Notes: a model not told the origin generated them from the letters alone. A stretch of DNA of 64,000 bases from a bacterium (GCA_049647165.1 JBARXB010000057.1:36533-100532), one strand, 5' to 3'; positions 40,032 through 50,050 are shown, numbered from the stretch's first letter. Made by a program: numbers and translations.

Positions 40032-40958
40032 ATGTTTTTTAATATATACAATACACATATGATTCACAAACTTGATAACAAAGTACTCGGTACTATATCA
40101 GTATTAGGGGCAAGCATAATGTGGGCGATTGAACCGATCCTGGCAAAATTGTCATATCAGAGTGCAGATTTCATGAACACTTTTGCCATGCGTACGGTCT
40201 TTGCCTTTATTATTATCACAGTTTATGTCCTCGTTTTTAAAACAAAATATATCATTGTAAAAAGACAGTTCCTGTCAAAATTGATATTTCTCTCTATTGC
40301 AGCTACGCTTTTTGCTGATTTAATGTACATTTATGCTCTAACAAGGGTGCCCGTTATCAATGCAGTTCTTATCGGGCACATGCAGCCTATCTTCGTCGTG
40401 CTGCTTGGCTATTTTGTGCTTAAACAAGATGTGATTACCAAATTTGATTATCTCGGTATCATGTTTATGATTATCGCTGGTATTATGGTGACGACAAAAA
40501 CATTTGGCAATTTACTGGGTTTGCGCTTTGGCACGCTTGGTGATATTTATGTATTATCCGCAACTATTGTTTGGGCAACGACAGCGATAATCGCTCGGAA
40601 ATATTTAAAACCACTCGATGCCGGGGTCATTGCTTTTTATCGTTTTCTTTTTGCCGGTATCATTTTTATCAGCTATAGTGTTGTCTTCCACGATCTCAAT
40701 ATTCATAATATTTATCAAGTATTGCTTGGGTTCACTATCGGTATCGGCACGATCCTTTACTATGAAGGGATAAGGTTGATCAAAGCCGCTCAAGTCTCTG
40801 CACTTGAACTCGCTACACCATTTTTTGCAATTTTATTGGGCTATCTGGTTTTAAGAGAAACAATAACAATAATGCAGTTCATGGGTATCTTGCTTCTTCT
40901 GGTAGGTATATATTTTCTCGCCCGAGCAGAACCCAAAAATCTATGTGTCAATAAATAA
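40032..40958 (+). CDS. EamA/DMT-family transporter
   Basis: 10 TM helices in two EamA halves. The start may be MIHKL at 40059. Confidence 0.8.
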   Translation: MFFNIYNTHMIHKLDNKVLGTISVLGASIMWAIEPILAKLSYQSADFMNTFAMRTVFAFIIITVYVLVFKTKYIIVKRQFLSKLIFLSIAATLFADLMYIYALTRVPVINAVLIGHMQPIFVVLLGYFVLKQDVITKFDYLGIMFMIIAGIMVTTKTFGNLLGLRFGTLGDIYVLSATIVWATTAIIARKYLKPLDAGVIAFYRFLFAGIIFISYSVVFHDLNIHNIYQVLLGFTIGIGTILYYEGIRLIKAAQVSALELATPFFAILLGYLVLRETITIMQFMGILLLLVGIYFLARAEPKNLCVNK

Positions 40959-40997
40959 CAAATATTAAAATCCTGTTTTTGTCATCTTTTTAATTCA

Positions 40998-41026
40998 TTG
41001 ACATTTGGTGATTATTACTCTATAAT
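40998..41026 (+). promoter_or_regulatory. perfect consensus promoter TTGACA-17-TATAAT for the giant FG-GAP gene
   Basis: TTGACA at 40998-41003 and TATAAT at 41021-41026. SD AAGGGGGTAGG precedes the ATG at 41048. Confidence 0.6.
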
Positions 41027-41047
41027 AAAAACATCAAGGGGGTAGGA

Positions 41048-44000
41048 ATGAGAGGGTTTATCTGTGTATTTATCTTATTAATAATTGTTTTCGCAGCACC
41101 ATCATTTGCCATGATAATACGTGTTCCCCAGGATTATCCGACTATTCAACAGGGGATTGATGCAGCAAATGGCGGTGATATCGTTGTAGTCGCACCAGGA
41201 ACTTATTATGAAGAAATAACACTAAAAGCTGACGTTATAGTACGCGGCGCTGGTGAAGGTCTGTCGATCATACATGGCGGAGGAAATAGCGGAGATGTGG
41301 TTTTTGCATCAGGTAATGACATTGATAATGATACTAAATTTCTGGGGTTTACAGTTACCGGAGCGATCTCAGGCGGTTCCATGCCCGGCGGTGCCGGCAT
41401 TTTCTGTAATAGTGGGGCAAAACCGGATATAAGCAATAACCGTGTCGAGGCCAATGATTTTGGGATCGTTACCTGGAATCAATCAAATGCATATATTCAT
41501 AACAATGTTGTGGTGTATCAGACTTTTGACGGTATCGTGGTAAGTGCTAATCCGACAGTCATTAATAATACCGTTGTCGGTAATAGAATCGGCATCAATG
41601 ATGGGGGAGGCTATGGTCCAACGGTTATGAATAACATAGTCACTGCGAGTACGTTATATGGAATCTATGCAGTCGGTACACCACCTGTGCTTACCTATAA
41701 CGATGTTTGGAACAATGCAACGAATTATCAGAACTGTTCACCCGGCACAGGAAGTATTTCCGCCGATCCGGTTTTTCTCGACCCGCCAAACGATTATCAT
41801 CTACAACCCGGTTCACCGTGCATCGATACTGGTAATCCTGCAGCTCAATATAATGACCCGGACGGCACGCGCAATGATATGGGCGCCTATGGTGGTCCAG
41901 ACGCGAGTGCGAATTTCCCGCGTGTTGAATTAACCATCCCGATGCAAAATGAAACTAATATACCGCATAATATCAATGCCTCTGCGATGTTCAATATGCC
42001 GATGGATTCCTCTACCTTTAATATAAACACAGTGCGTATATACGATCAGCAAAGCGGGTTCATTAGCGGGAGTATATCGTATGACAGTACGGGGATGTTG
42101 GTTACCTTTGATCCTGATATTGATCTAAGATATGGAGAAACCGTTACTGCTTTACTGACCAAAGGTATCGAGTCGATATCTGGCGATTCTCTTGAAGGAT
42201 TCACCTGGCAATTCGTTACCAGAATCGACAGTGGCTCTGGTTTATTCATAACTCCCTCCTTCTTTACAACAGATAATGCCCCGCATTCATTAATCGCTGG
42301 AGATTTTAATGATGACAGCAATTATGATATTGCTGTTGTCAATGAATCTACAAATAATGTATCGATACTTCTCGGTAATGGAGATGGAAGCTTTGACCCT
42401 GCTGTTCATTACGGAGCTGGTACATATCCGTGCATGGTACGTACCCACGATTTCAATAGTGATGGAAATCTCGATCTGGCGATCACAAACGACGGCTCGC
42501 AAGACGTATCGATACTCCTCGGTATTGGAGATGGGACTTTCAATAGCGCGATTAATTATGCTGCTGGGGATGCACCTCATGGTTTATCTTGTCATGATTT
42601 TAATATTGATGGCATTATTGATCTGGCTGTGACGAACTTTGCATCCGATACTATTTCCATACTCCTGGGTAATGGTGATGGAAGTTTTGCTTCACCTGAT
42701 CCATACCCTACCGGTGCTGGACCTTATGGGGTTAATGCTGGTGACTTTAATAATGACGGCTATCTGGATGTAGTGACGGCTAACATGACCAGCAACAATA
42801 TATCAGTACATATTGGCAATGGGGATGGAAGTTTCAATGCAGCAGTTTATTACTCAGTCGGTCAAGAACCCTATTCAGTGGTATGTGCTGATTTAAATGA
42901 GGACGGCGATATCGATCTAATAGCTGTAAATAACAATGGAAACAGTATATCCAGACTTCTTGGTAATGGTGACGGGACTTTCAGTACGGCAGCCAATTAT
43001 TCAGTAGGTTCTGGACCACGTTCTGCTTTTACGTCTGATTTCAACGCTGATGGACATATAGATATTGCGGTAGCAAATACTTCCTCAAATAATATCTCGA
43101 TACTTCTGGGCAATGGTAATGGCGGATTTGGTACAACGACCAACTTCTCAGTCGGTGATTTTCCGATTGCAGTAGTCGGCAGCGACTTTGATAATGACCA
43201 CGATATTGATTTGGCAACTGCAAACTACAATGCTGATTCTGTCTCTATCTTGCTCAATGAGAGCGCGCTGAATGTTACATCGACAGATCCTGTTCAGAAC
43301 CAATTAGATGTTCCACAAACGACAGATATCAATGCCACTTTCAGCCTTGAGGTGGATACTTCGACACTGAATAATTCAACCTTCACAGTGCAGGGTGTGC
43401 AGACCGGTATCCATACAGGTACTATTATTTATAGTAGCGGAACATCTACAGTCAGTCTAAATCCTGATATGGATTTTATAGATGGTGAAATTGTCACTGC
43501 GATATTGTCCAAAGATATACAGTCATTAATCGGACCCTTCCTGGGTGGATTTATCTGGGATTTTACAGCTGCCGTTTCGACCCAATCAGATGGGACATTT
43601 GAGAATCCTCTGGATTTCCCGAGTGGCAATCAGCCGCGCGGTGTTTTTGCCGCTGATCTTGATGGTGACCTTGACGTCGATATAGCAGCAACATCGAACC
43701 CGAGCAGTATCGTAGTACTTCTTAATAATGGTGACGGGACTTTTGGTACTCCAGCCTATACTGCGGTCCAAGGGGATCCTATCGCGCTGTATGGTGCGGA
43801 TCTTGACGCAGATGGTGATATAGACCTGGCGTCAGCGCATAACCAACCAGGTACATCGCATCTTGTGATTATGAAGAACGATGGTAATGGCGTTTTCACG
43901 GTATTTGCTACTTATGCACCGGCGATCCTTGGACAGAATCTTGCTGGCGGTGATATTGATGCTGACAATGACATTGATCTTGTAATGACTGATGGATGGG

Positions 44001-44938
44001 GGTCAGGTACAAATGTAAGAGTTATGTTAAATAATGGCAATGGAGGGTTTTCTGGACCCTTTACATATACTGCCGGGACCTGGGCACGCGGTATTGCCAT
44101 AAAGGATGTGGACAATGACGGCGACCTTGACCTTGGAGTGACGAACGCAGGCAATGATAATATCACTATATTATTGAATGACGGCACTGGTGATTTCCCC
44201 GAGATATCCAATTATGCAGTCGGTGATAATCCAACCGCGGTTTTTGGTAATGATCTTAATGGCGATAATTATGTCGACTTTGCGACAGCTAATTATAGCG
44301 GCAATGATATCGCTGTGATACTTAATAACGGAGACGGTACTTTTTCTAATCCAGTAGGATATGCGACCGGAAGTAATACCCGAGCTCTACACGGCGGTGA
44401 TTTTGATGGAGATGGAGATATTGACCTAACCGGCAGTAATAATGGCACCAATACTGTCGCTGTGCTAATGAATAATGGTGATGGAACATATGCTAACCTG
44501 GCAACCTATACGGTCGGTACAAATCCCTGGGGTATTATATCAGCTGATTACGACTTAGATGGTGCTCTGGATATTGCATGCTGTAATTATAATTCAAATA
44601 ATATTACCGTTTTTTATAACAGCGGTGTGGGTATTCAAGAACACATATCAACAGATATTGTAGCACAGCTCACTGTTCATCCGAACCCATTCCGTGACCA
44701 GGTTGATATCAAATATTGCATCGGGTATGAAGCCAGGAGTGCTCAGCTGATTATCTATGATATATGCGGTAGATTAGTCCGTAAATTCATTCTTTCTGTT
44801 TCTGACCTGTCGAAACCGAACACGATATCCTGGAATGGAACTGATGAGAAAAACAGGAAAGTATCCAATGGTGTTTATTTCTGTCAGCTGAGAACAGATG
44901 AGACGACGCTGACGAATCGTATGATTTTGATAAGATAG
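41048..44938 (+). CDS. 1296-aa secreted protein: beta-helix + 2 x (Ig-like + seven FG-GAP/VCBS blades) + T9SS C-terminal domain
   Basis: Signal peptide. N-terminal parallel beta-helix repeats (NN.V..N..GI). At least 12 LLGNGDGSF-type FG-GAP units in two blocks. C-terminal HPNPF..GVYFCQL sorting domain. Confidence 0.85.
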   Translation: MRGFICVFILLIIVFAAPSFAMIIRVPQDYPTIQQGIDAANGGDIVVVAPGTYYEEITLKADVIVRGAGEGLSIIHGGGNSGDVVFASGNDIDNDTKFLGFTVTGAISGGSMPGGAGIFCNSGAKPDISNNRVEANDFGIVTWNQSNAYIHNNVVVYQTFDGIVVSANPTVINNTVVGNRIGINDGGGYGPTVMNNIVTASTLYGIYAVGTPPVLTYNDVWNNATNYQNCSPGTGSISADPVFLDPPNDYHLQPGSPCIDTGNPAAQYNDPDGTRNDMGAYGGPDASANFPRVELTIPMQNETNIPHNINASAMFNMPMDSSTFNINTVRIYDQQSGFISGSISYDSTGMLVTFDPDIDLRYGETVTALLTKGIESISGDSLEGFTWQFVTRIDSGSGLFITPSFFTTDNAPHSLIAGDFNDDSNYDIAVVNESTNNVSILLGNGDGSFDPAVHYGAGTYPCMVRTHDFNSDGNLDLAITNDGSQDVSILLGIGDGTFNSAINYAAGDAPHGLSCHDFNIDGIIDLAVTNFASDTISILLGNGDGSFASPDPYPTGAGPYGVNAGDFNNDGYLDVVTANMTSNNISVHIGNGDGSFNAAVYYSVGQEPYSVVCADLNEDGDIDLIAVNNNGNSISRLLGNGDGTFSTAANYSVGSGPRSAFTSDFNADGHIDIAVANTSSNNISILLGNGNGGFGTTTNFSVGDFPIAVVGSDFDNDHDIDLATANYNADSVSILLNESALNVTSTDPVQNQLDVPQTTDINATFSLEVDTSTLNNSTFTVQGVQTGIHTGTIIYSSGTSTVSLNPDMDFIDGEIVTAILSKDIQSLIGPFLGGFIWDFTAAVSTQSDGTFENPLDFPSGNQPRGVFAADLDGDLDVDIAATSNPSSIVVLLNNGDGTFGTPAYTAVQGDPIALYGADLDADGDIDLASAHNQPGTSHLVIMKNDGNGVFTVFATYAPAILGQNLAGGDIDADNDIDLVMTDGWGSGTNVRVMLNNGNGGFSGPFTYTAGTWARGIAIKDVDNDGDLDLGVTNAGNDNITILLNDGTGDFPEISNYAVGDNPTAVFGNDLNGDNYVDFATANYSGNDIAVILNNGDGTFSNPVGYATGSNTRALHGGDFDGDGDIDLTGSNNGTNTVAVLMNNGDGTYANLATYTVGTNPWGIISADYDLDGALDIACCNYNSNNITVFYNSGVGIQEHISTDIVAQLTVHPNPFRDQVDIKYCIGYEARSAQLIIYDICGRLVRKFILSVSDLSKPNTISWNGTDEKNRKVSNGVYFCQLRTDETTLTNRMILIR
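42290..44630 (+). repeat. protein-level FG-GAP repeat array (two ~7-blade propeller blocks) inside the giant gene
   Basis: Recurring D.N.DG..D.......N.vSiLLGNGDGtF units about 60 aa apart. An Ig-like segment precedes each block. Confidence 0.7.
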
Positions 44939-44947
44939 CTGAAACTA

Positions 44948-45295
44948 CTATTTTAAATTCTGTTGAATTTCCTCGAGGTTTTTCTTTGCGTCTGTAGCCT
45001 TTTCGTGGAATTTCTCAAGTTGCCCGCAGATATAATCATCACAATGTGCACAGTTCTCTACATGTTTTTCTGATGCGCACTTCCTGATTCCACATTCCTT
45101 GCAATAGCTTATCTGAACACCCGATGACGCAAGGCATCCAACACAATCGACCGCTTCAGAAGGGATCTCGGCGTTAAATGCTTTGGACCAATCCTCGGCG
45201 GTCTTTTTCCTTAACTCATCGTCATCCGTCTTGTAAGCAATAAAGGCCGGGCAGTCTGTGCAATTAATTCCACAAAAAGCAATCTTTTTTTCCAT
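44948..45295 (-). CDS. DUF3795-like Cys-rich protein
   Basis: FCGINCTDCPAF.., CVGC.., CKECGIRKC.., CAHCDDYIC clusters typical of DUF3795. Confidence 0.65.
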   Translation of the reverse strand: MEKKIAFCGINCTDCPAFIAYKTDDDELRKKTAEDWSKAFNAEIPSEAVDCVGCLASSGVQISYCKECGIRKCASEKHVENCAHCDDYICGQLEKFHEKATDAKKNLEEIQQNLK

Positions 45296-45352
45296 GCTAC
45301 CTCCTATTAAATAATATAGCTATTTTTATTATAAAATCAACCAATGAGATGA

Positions 45353-46555
45353 TTAAGCAATGATTTTATTCTTGATTTCATCAGGTACCTTGCACATGCT
45401 GATCTTCGTACACCCGTGGAATTCACATAGATTTTTTAGCGTTACATTAAAAGCTTTATAGAACGCTTTCCCTAATTTATTATCTTCAAGATGCAGATTA
45501 TTAATCAACAATGTTTTATTATACCGGTCTGCCTTAGGATCGATCCTGCCGACAAATCTGTTATGCCAGAGAATTGGTAAGCAAAAATAACCATATTTTC
45601 TTCTTGATTTTGGTACATAACATTCAAGGCTATAATTGAAACCAAATAAAGCCGCAGTTCGTTCTCGAAGTATGATAGAATTATCAAAAGGGGAGAGGAA
45701 CATAACTCGATGGATGAGTTCATTTTCGGCTCTTTTAATTTTTGAGATATCATGAGATAAAATGTAATAGGGTCTGTTCAAATCAGCGACTGCGACTTCA
45801 TTGATCTCACCGGCTTCGATCATTTTATCGACCCATTTATTCAAGCGACCGCTGATACCGATATACTTGTTTATATCCTGCATCGTTGCAAGACCTAAGG
45901 CTTTAAGAGCTCGCCGTACAAAAAACATTTTTTCTTCATTGATATCTGGTATTGTCGTATCTATGTTATCAGGGAGTATTCTTTCGGTCAGGTCATACAC
46001 TCTCTGGAATTTTTTTCTCTCCCTGATCATTAATTCACCGCGCCAGAAGAGAATTTCTAAAGCAGCTTTTGCTGGTTTCCAATCCCACCATGGTCCGCGT
46101 TTCCTATCTTTAATATCTGAGAAATCACTTGCGCAAAGGGGTCCTTCTTTTTCAATTCGTGTCTTTGTTCTTTTCAGAATTTTGCGGTGTTTTTTTATCC
46201 ACATGCCAAACCACGAGCTTTCTCTTGGTTTTTCTTTCATTTTCCTTATATAGAATCGATAATCCTTCATCGGAATAAAGGATGCCGCATGAGCCCAATA
46301 TTCAAATATCTTTTTTTCCTTTGCCTGCAATGTATGGAGAAACTCTTTTTTATAGTCAGAACAGCGGGTGAAAAGCACTATGTGATGGGAGCGTTCAATG
46401 ACGTTTATGGTGTCTATCTGGATATAGCCGAGAGTGTCTATTATCTCGGTGACACCTTTCTTACCGCTCAGTTTACGGGTTGTATTGAGCAGTTGTTTGT
46501 TTAGGAAAAAAGCACGCGCTTTAGCCAGGTCTACTCTGATAGATTTTTTCAACAC
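45353..46555 (-). CDS. winged-helix DNA glycosylase of the YcaQ/AlkZ-like family
   Basis: About 400 aa. GYIQIDTINV contains a Q-hydrophobic-D motif, which I recall as the catalytic motif of YcaQ-type crosslink glycosylases. Confidence 0.65.
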   Translation of the reverse strand: MLKKSIRVDLAKARAFFLNKQLLNTTRKLSGKKGVTEIIDTLGYIQIDTINVIERSHHIVLFTRCSDYKKEFLHTLQAKEKKIFEYWAHAASFIPMKDYRFYIRKMKEKPRESSWFGMWIKKHRKILKRTKTRIEKEGPLCASDFSDIKDRKRGPWWDWKPAKAALEILFWRGELMIRERKKFQRVYDLTERILPDNIDTTIPDINEEKMFFVRRALKALGLATMQDINKYIGISGRLNKWVDKMIEAGEINEVAVADLNRPYYILSHDISKIKRAENELIHRVMFLSPFDNSIILRERTAALFGFNYSLECYVPKSRRKYGYFCLPILWHNRFVGRIDPKADRYNKTLLINNLHLEDNKLGKAFYKAFNVTLKNLCEFHGCTKISMCKVPDEIKNKIIA

Positions 46556-46563
46556 GTTTGGAT

Positions 46564-47880
46564 TTAGGACATCAGTGAGGTATTTCTTGTGATATGCTCT
46601 ATAAATGTTTCAACGAGACTACCATCCAGTTGAGAGTCTTTGATACGCTTTAATTCCACGATCGCTTCTTTCTTGGTTAACGCTTTTCTATACGGTCGTT
46701 CAGAAAGCATGGCGTCATAAGTGTCGGCCACGGCGATGATCCTGGCAAGTAGTGGGATTTCGTCTCTTTTTAAACCACTCGGATATCCATTTCCATCGAC
46801 TCTTTCATGGTGAGCATAGATGATATCGAGAATCTCACGAAACTCTTCAGCAGTGCTCAAAATCTTCTTACCAAGAACCGGATGGTTAAATATGTGTTCA
46901 CGTTCCTGTTCAGAAAGCGGTGTTTCTTTATTGAGTATACCATCGGGGATACCTATTTTACCGATATCATGCAGCAAGCACGCATGCTTGAGGAGCTCGA
47001 TTTCGTTTTCAGGTAGATCGAGCGATCTTGCGATTTTGACTGCATAATCCATTACTCGAAGTGAATGACCAGCAGTATAATGGTCTTTTGCATCGAGGGT
47101 TCGGGCGATCAACTGGACAAAACCCAAGACACTCTTATTAGACTGTTCAGTCAGCTGTATTATTTTATTGTGCGACCTGTCGAGCGCAACAAAGAACCAG
47201 GAGTATTGTGATAGAAAGGACCAAAGATATGATAGTACAAAGATTACTGCACCTATCACAAACGGAGAAGGTATTGATTCGATAACCGGTTTCCCGATGA
47301 TCAAACCCGCAACATCAATTATTGCCAAAACAATTGCGAGGGCAAGTCCGATCGTAATTGGTGTATATTTCACCCTTGTCTTCATATTAGTTTTCGCCCC
47401 GGTGAAAATACGAATGTACATGATAAAACAGGAGATCGCAATGCCAAAAAAGACTAGCATAAAATAGGGATATAAAATCCCAACTTCAGTACGCAGGCTG
47501 TTACCATAAGTAACTACATGGTCACTGACAACCAGGTCTGTCGAAAAAGTAAAGATAAAGAAAAGAAGCGTTACGAAACTGGCTATTCCAATAGTTGGTG
47601 TACTAACTTTCTTTTTCGACAGGGAAGAGATGAATAGGGGAAAGGCAGTGAGATATCCAAAGACTCCTAAGTATTTTAGCTTTGTCCAATAAACTGTTGT
47701 CGCCGGTGTTGCATAACTTGTTAACTGGATATGGGTAAAAAGAATGAGCGCGGAGCAGATGAATGGGAAGCAGGCATATAAAAAATCTTTGTCTCTGTTA
47801 CTTTTATAATAAAGATACAAACATGAAAGAGCTATTAATAATGAAATCGATGCGAAAACACAAATCGCTATTGTTGACAT
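46564..47880 (-). CDS. 7-TM sensor fused to an HD-GYP phosphodiesterase domain
   Basis: 7 N-terminal TM helices. HD-GYP motifs HSLRV.., HDIGKIGIP, HHERVDGNGYP. Confidence 0.85.
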   Translation of the reverse strand: MSTIAICVFASISLLIALSCLYLYYKSNRDKDFLYACFPFICSALILFTHIQLTSYATPATTVYWTKLKYLGVFGYLTAFPLFISSLSKKKVSTPTIGIASFVTLLFFIFTFSTDLVVSDHVVTYGNSLRTEVGILYPYFMLVFFGIAISCFIMYIRIFTGAKTNMKTRVKYTPITIGLALAIVLAIIDVAGLIIGKPVIESIPSPFVIGAVIFVLSYLWSFLSQYSWFFVALDRSHNKIIQLTEQSNKSVLGFVQLIARTLDAKDHYTAGHSLRVMDYAVKIARSLDLPENEIELLKHACLLHDIGKIGIPDGILNKETPLSEQEREHIFNHPVLGKKILSTAEEFREILDIIYAHHERVDGNGYPSGLKRDEIPLLARIIAVADTYDAMLSERPYRKALTKKEAIVELKRIKDSQLDGSLVETFIEHITRNTSLMS

Positions 47881-47958
47881 TCAATCCTTATCTTATACAT
47901 AATTCTTTTTGTGTCAAGTTCTTACTACACCAAAGTTTGTGTATTTTTTTCCACCATG

Positions 47959-47987
47959 TTGACAAATAAGGTAAAATAGTGTATAGG
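47959..47987 (+). promoter_or_regulatory. promoter TTGACA-17-TATAGG ending 6 nt before the ATG (leaderless candidate)
   Basis: TTGACA at 47959-47964, TATAGG at 47982-47987, ATG at 47994. No SD. Confidence 0.4.
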
Positions 47988-47993
47988 TAATAT

Positions 47994-48692
47994 ATGGATA
48001 GAGAGATATTAGTTAAAGTCTTTGACCGGGTCCAAAGCTGTATGGTTTCTCTCACCAGTGGCAGTAGACATCTTGCCAGTTATTCATTATTACCTGATTC
48101 TTTCAAGATTACAAAGGAAGAGCAAGTAGAGCAGGGGAATAAATATCATTTTTCTGCAAAAGCATTTCGCGAATCAGAGTTTACGGTTTACGACGATGCC
48201 GCGCCTCAAGAGCCCGAGGTGATTTCAGGGAGTATTGTCCTTGATGATTTGTTCAATCTCGTGCGAGATGATAAAGGAAGGATCATGCTTGAACCATGGA
48301 ATTGTGTTAAGATCCCTATGCAAAAGCGGTCAGCATCACTGCGTGAAAAAGTTAAAGAGCAACTTTTAGAAAAACTTCAGGCAGCAGAATCCATAATCAC
48401 AAAAATTTTCGAAGAATGTCGTTTCAAAGAAGATGAGAAGATAAGCGTTTTACTTGAAGATATACAAACGCGGCTCAATGGGGCAAAGGTATCTGCTGAT
48501 GTCCAGCTCCAGTACGCATATTTAGAGGATATCTATGTAAACATAGTTGTTGGCATAATGGATCAGGATATGCTTTCAACTCAGGATAAAGCAGTACTAC
48601 TCGTAAAATCCATCAAAAAAAGGATAGATAACTTTGACATATATTTTAATAAATTGAAAAAAAATGAGTTAGAAAGACCTTTTAATCCGTAG
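47994..48692 (+). CDS. hypothetical 232-aa protein
   Basis: Long ORF with no motif I recognise. C-terminal half is helical/coiled-coil-like. Confidence 0.55.
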   Translation: MDREILVKVFDRVQSCMVSLTSGSRHLASYSLLPDSFKITKEEQVEQGNKYHFSAKAFRESEFTVYDDAAPQEPEVISGSIVLDDLFNLVRDDKGRIMLEPWNCVKIPMQKRSASLREKVKEQLLEKLQAAESIITKIFEECRFKEDEKISVLLEDIQTRLNGAKVSADVQLQYAYLEDIYVNIVVGIMDQDMLSTQDKAVLLVKSIKKRIDNFDIYFNKLKKNELERPFNP

Positions 48693-48783
48693 GTCCAGAT
48701 AATACAATTAGGTTTACTCATCTTACAAAAGACTAGATCACCGCACCTTTAAAAACTATAACTACGATTGTTTCTCTCCATGA

Positions 48784-48867
48784 GGGGCAGGGGAGAAGAA
48801 ACACACAACGACAGACCGTCGTCTGTCACATAAAAGTCATACCTTCTCATGACTTTAATCCTGCCCC
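48784..48867. ncRNA. candidate structured RNA element (three-stem junction); strand undetermined
   Basis: Closing stem GGGGCAGG (48784-91) / CCTGCCCC (48860-67). Hairpin GACAGAC-CGTC-GTCTGTC (48810-27). Hairpin AAAGTCAT-8nt-ATGACTTT (48833-56). Confidence 0.35.
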
Positions 48868-48874
48868 AGACTTC

Positions 48875-49558
48875 TTATTTTTGTGTGTTGCTTTTGATTT
48901 CTTTTTCCTTTATAAAACTCTCATATTCACGACAACTTTTCTCATCATAAATCCATTCAGAGATTGCTTCCTTGACTTCCTCAAGATCAACCAACCATCT
49001 AAGTCTAATATCTTCAATAGGATGAGCCCATGGAAAAGGGGTGGGGTCTTGCTGAAGGGCACTATATTTTTCATGTAACGTAAAACCAATAAGCTCAGTT
49101 GCAAACACAAAATCCCCTTGGATATCACCCCACGGGTATAATAATTTCATTTTCTCATATCTTTTAGGCAAACGTTTAATAAACCCTCCTGCATATGTGT
49201 TTATCTTATCTATATTTAGCATATACATCTCTGTGCCATGAGCCATTTCTTCTCTGATTCCGTTAAGCAAATTAAGACTATCGAATAGGTCTTTACTTAT
49301 TAAGCCTATTCTATAAGCAAATATTACTCTTACACCAAAGAAGAAAAGAGGTCGATTTATGCCAAAAAGATTGTCGTTTTTTATCTCTTTATTATCAGGA
49401 ATTATATATTCTAACAGTAAGTCCCTTAACATTTGATCTATAATATTATGACAAAGTAATACTAGTGTTCGGTCACTTTCATGCTTCGTCACCTCTCTTA
49501 TTAATTGCGAAGTTAATTTTGTATGCCAATCATTAAAATCAGTTCTTTCAACTATCAT
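48875..49558 (-). CDS. HEPN-like protein of the MtlR/DUF4145 type with an intact Rx4H motif, plus an unknown C-terminal domain
   Basis: ESDR at residues 27-30, AYRIGLIS.. helix, and NGIREEMAHG (R102-x4-H107). The C-terminal ~115 aa are unassigned. Confidence 0.6.
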   Translation of the reverse strand: MIVERTDFNDWHTKLTSQLIREVTKHESDRTLVLLCHNIIDQMLRDLLLEYIIPDNKEIKNDNLFGINRPLFFFGVRVIFAYRIGLISKDLFDSLNLLNGIREEMAHGTEMYMLNIDKINTYAGGFIKRLPKRYEKMKLLYPWGDIQGDFVFATELIGFTLHEKYSALQQDPTPFPWAHPIEDIRLRWLVDLEEVKEAISEWIYDEKSCREYESFIKEKEIKSNTQK

Positions 49559-49569
49559 ATTAATATAAG

Positions 49570-50025
49570 TTACGGATTTAATACCATATATATGTATTCA
49601 TCTTTGAAATTTTGGTATGGATTTCCTTTACTGTCTACTCCAAATTTCACTATATCGTTATAATCATCAGCAACATCGCTTGCTATCCAGTGACCATCGT
49701 AAAATACTTCCATGAATAGTACACCTTCTTTAGAAATTTTTCTATAATAGCCTTCAATAAAATCATCTTTATTTTTTAGAAAATATCGATATATTTTCGT
49801 AGTCTGTTCATATTGGATACCTTCATGTTGTTTGTAATGACTTGTCAATCCTTCGAATTCGACTAAGCCAGATCTGCTTTCAAGGATAATCATTATTTCT
49901 TTAGGATATCGTTCTGTCTTGAATATTAACCGTGTATCTTCCTTAAATATAAAATGGAATATAAGAATGCCAATAACAACGCCTGAAAAACCTGCAATAA
50001 AATTTTTTATTATCTTACGGTTCAT
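49570..50025 (-). CDS. membrane-anchored 151-aa hypothetical protein (first gene of the HEPN operon)
   Basis: SD AAGGGGAGG. One N-terminal TM helix (FIAGFSGVVIGILIFHFIF). About 120-aa soluble domain with no family assigned. 11-nt gap to the next gene. Confidence 0.6.
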   Translation of the reverse strand: MNRKIIKNFIAGFSGVVIGILIFHFIFKEDTRLIFKTERYPKEIMIILESRSGLVEFEGLTSHYKQHEGIQYEQTTKIYRYFLKNKDDFIEGYYRKISKEGVLFMEVFYDGHWIASDVADDYNDIVKFGVDSKGNPYQNFKDEYIYMVLNP

Positions 50026-50050
50026 GTTGCCTCCCCTTATACTTAATCAA

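Noticed and set aside
42290-44630. Periodic nucleotide repeats that could be mistaken for a CRISPR or tandem-repeat array
   Set aside because: The periodicity is about 180 nt, imperfect, and lies fully inside one long ORF. It reflects FG-GAP protein repeats.
48780-48851. Tiny ORFs inside the structured element (17 aa on the plus strand, 33 aa on the minus strand)
   Set aside because: They have no convincing SD, and the sequence is better explained by its nested stems.
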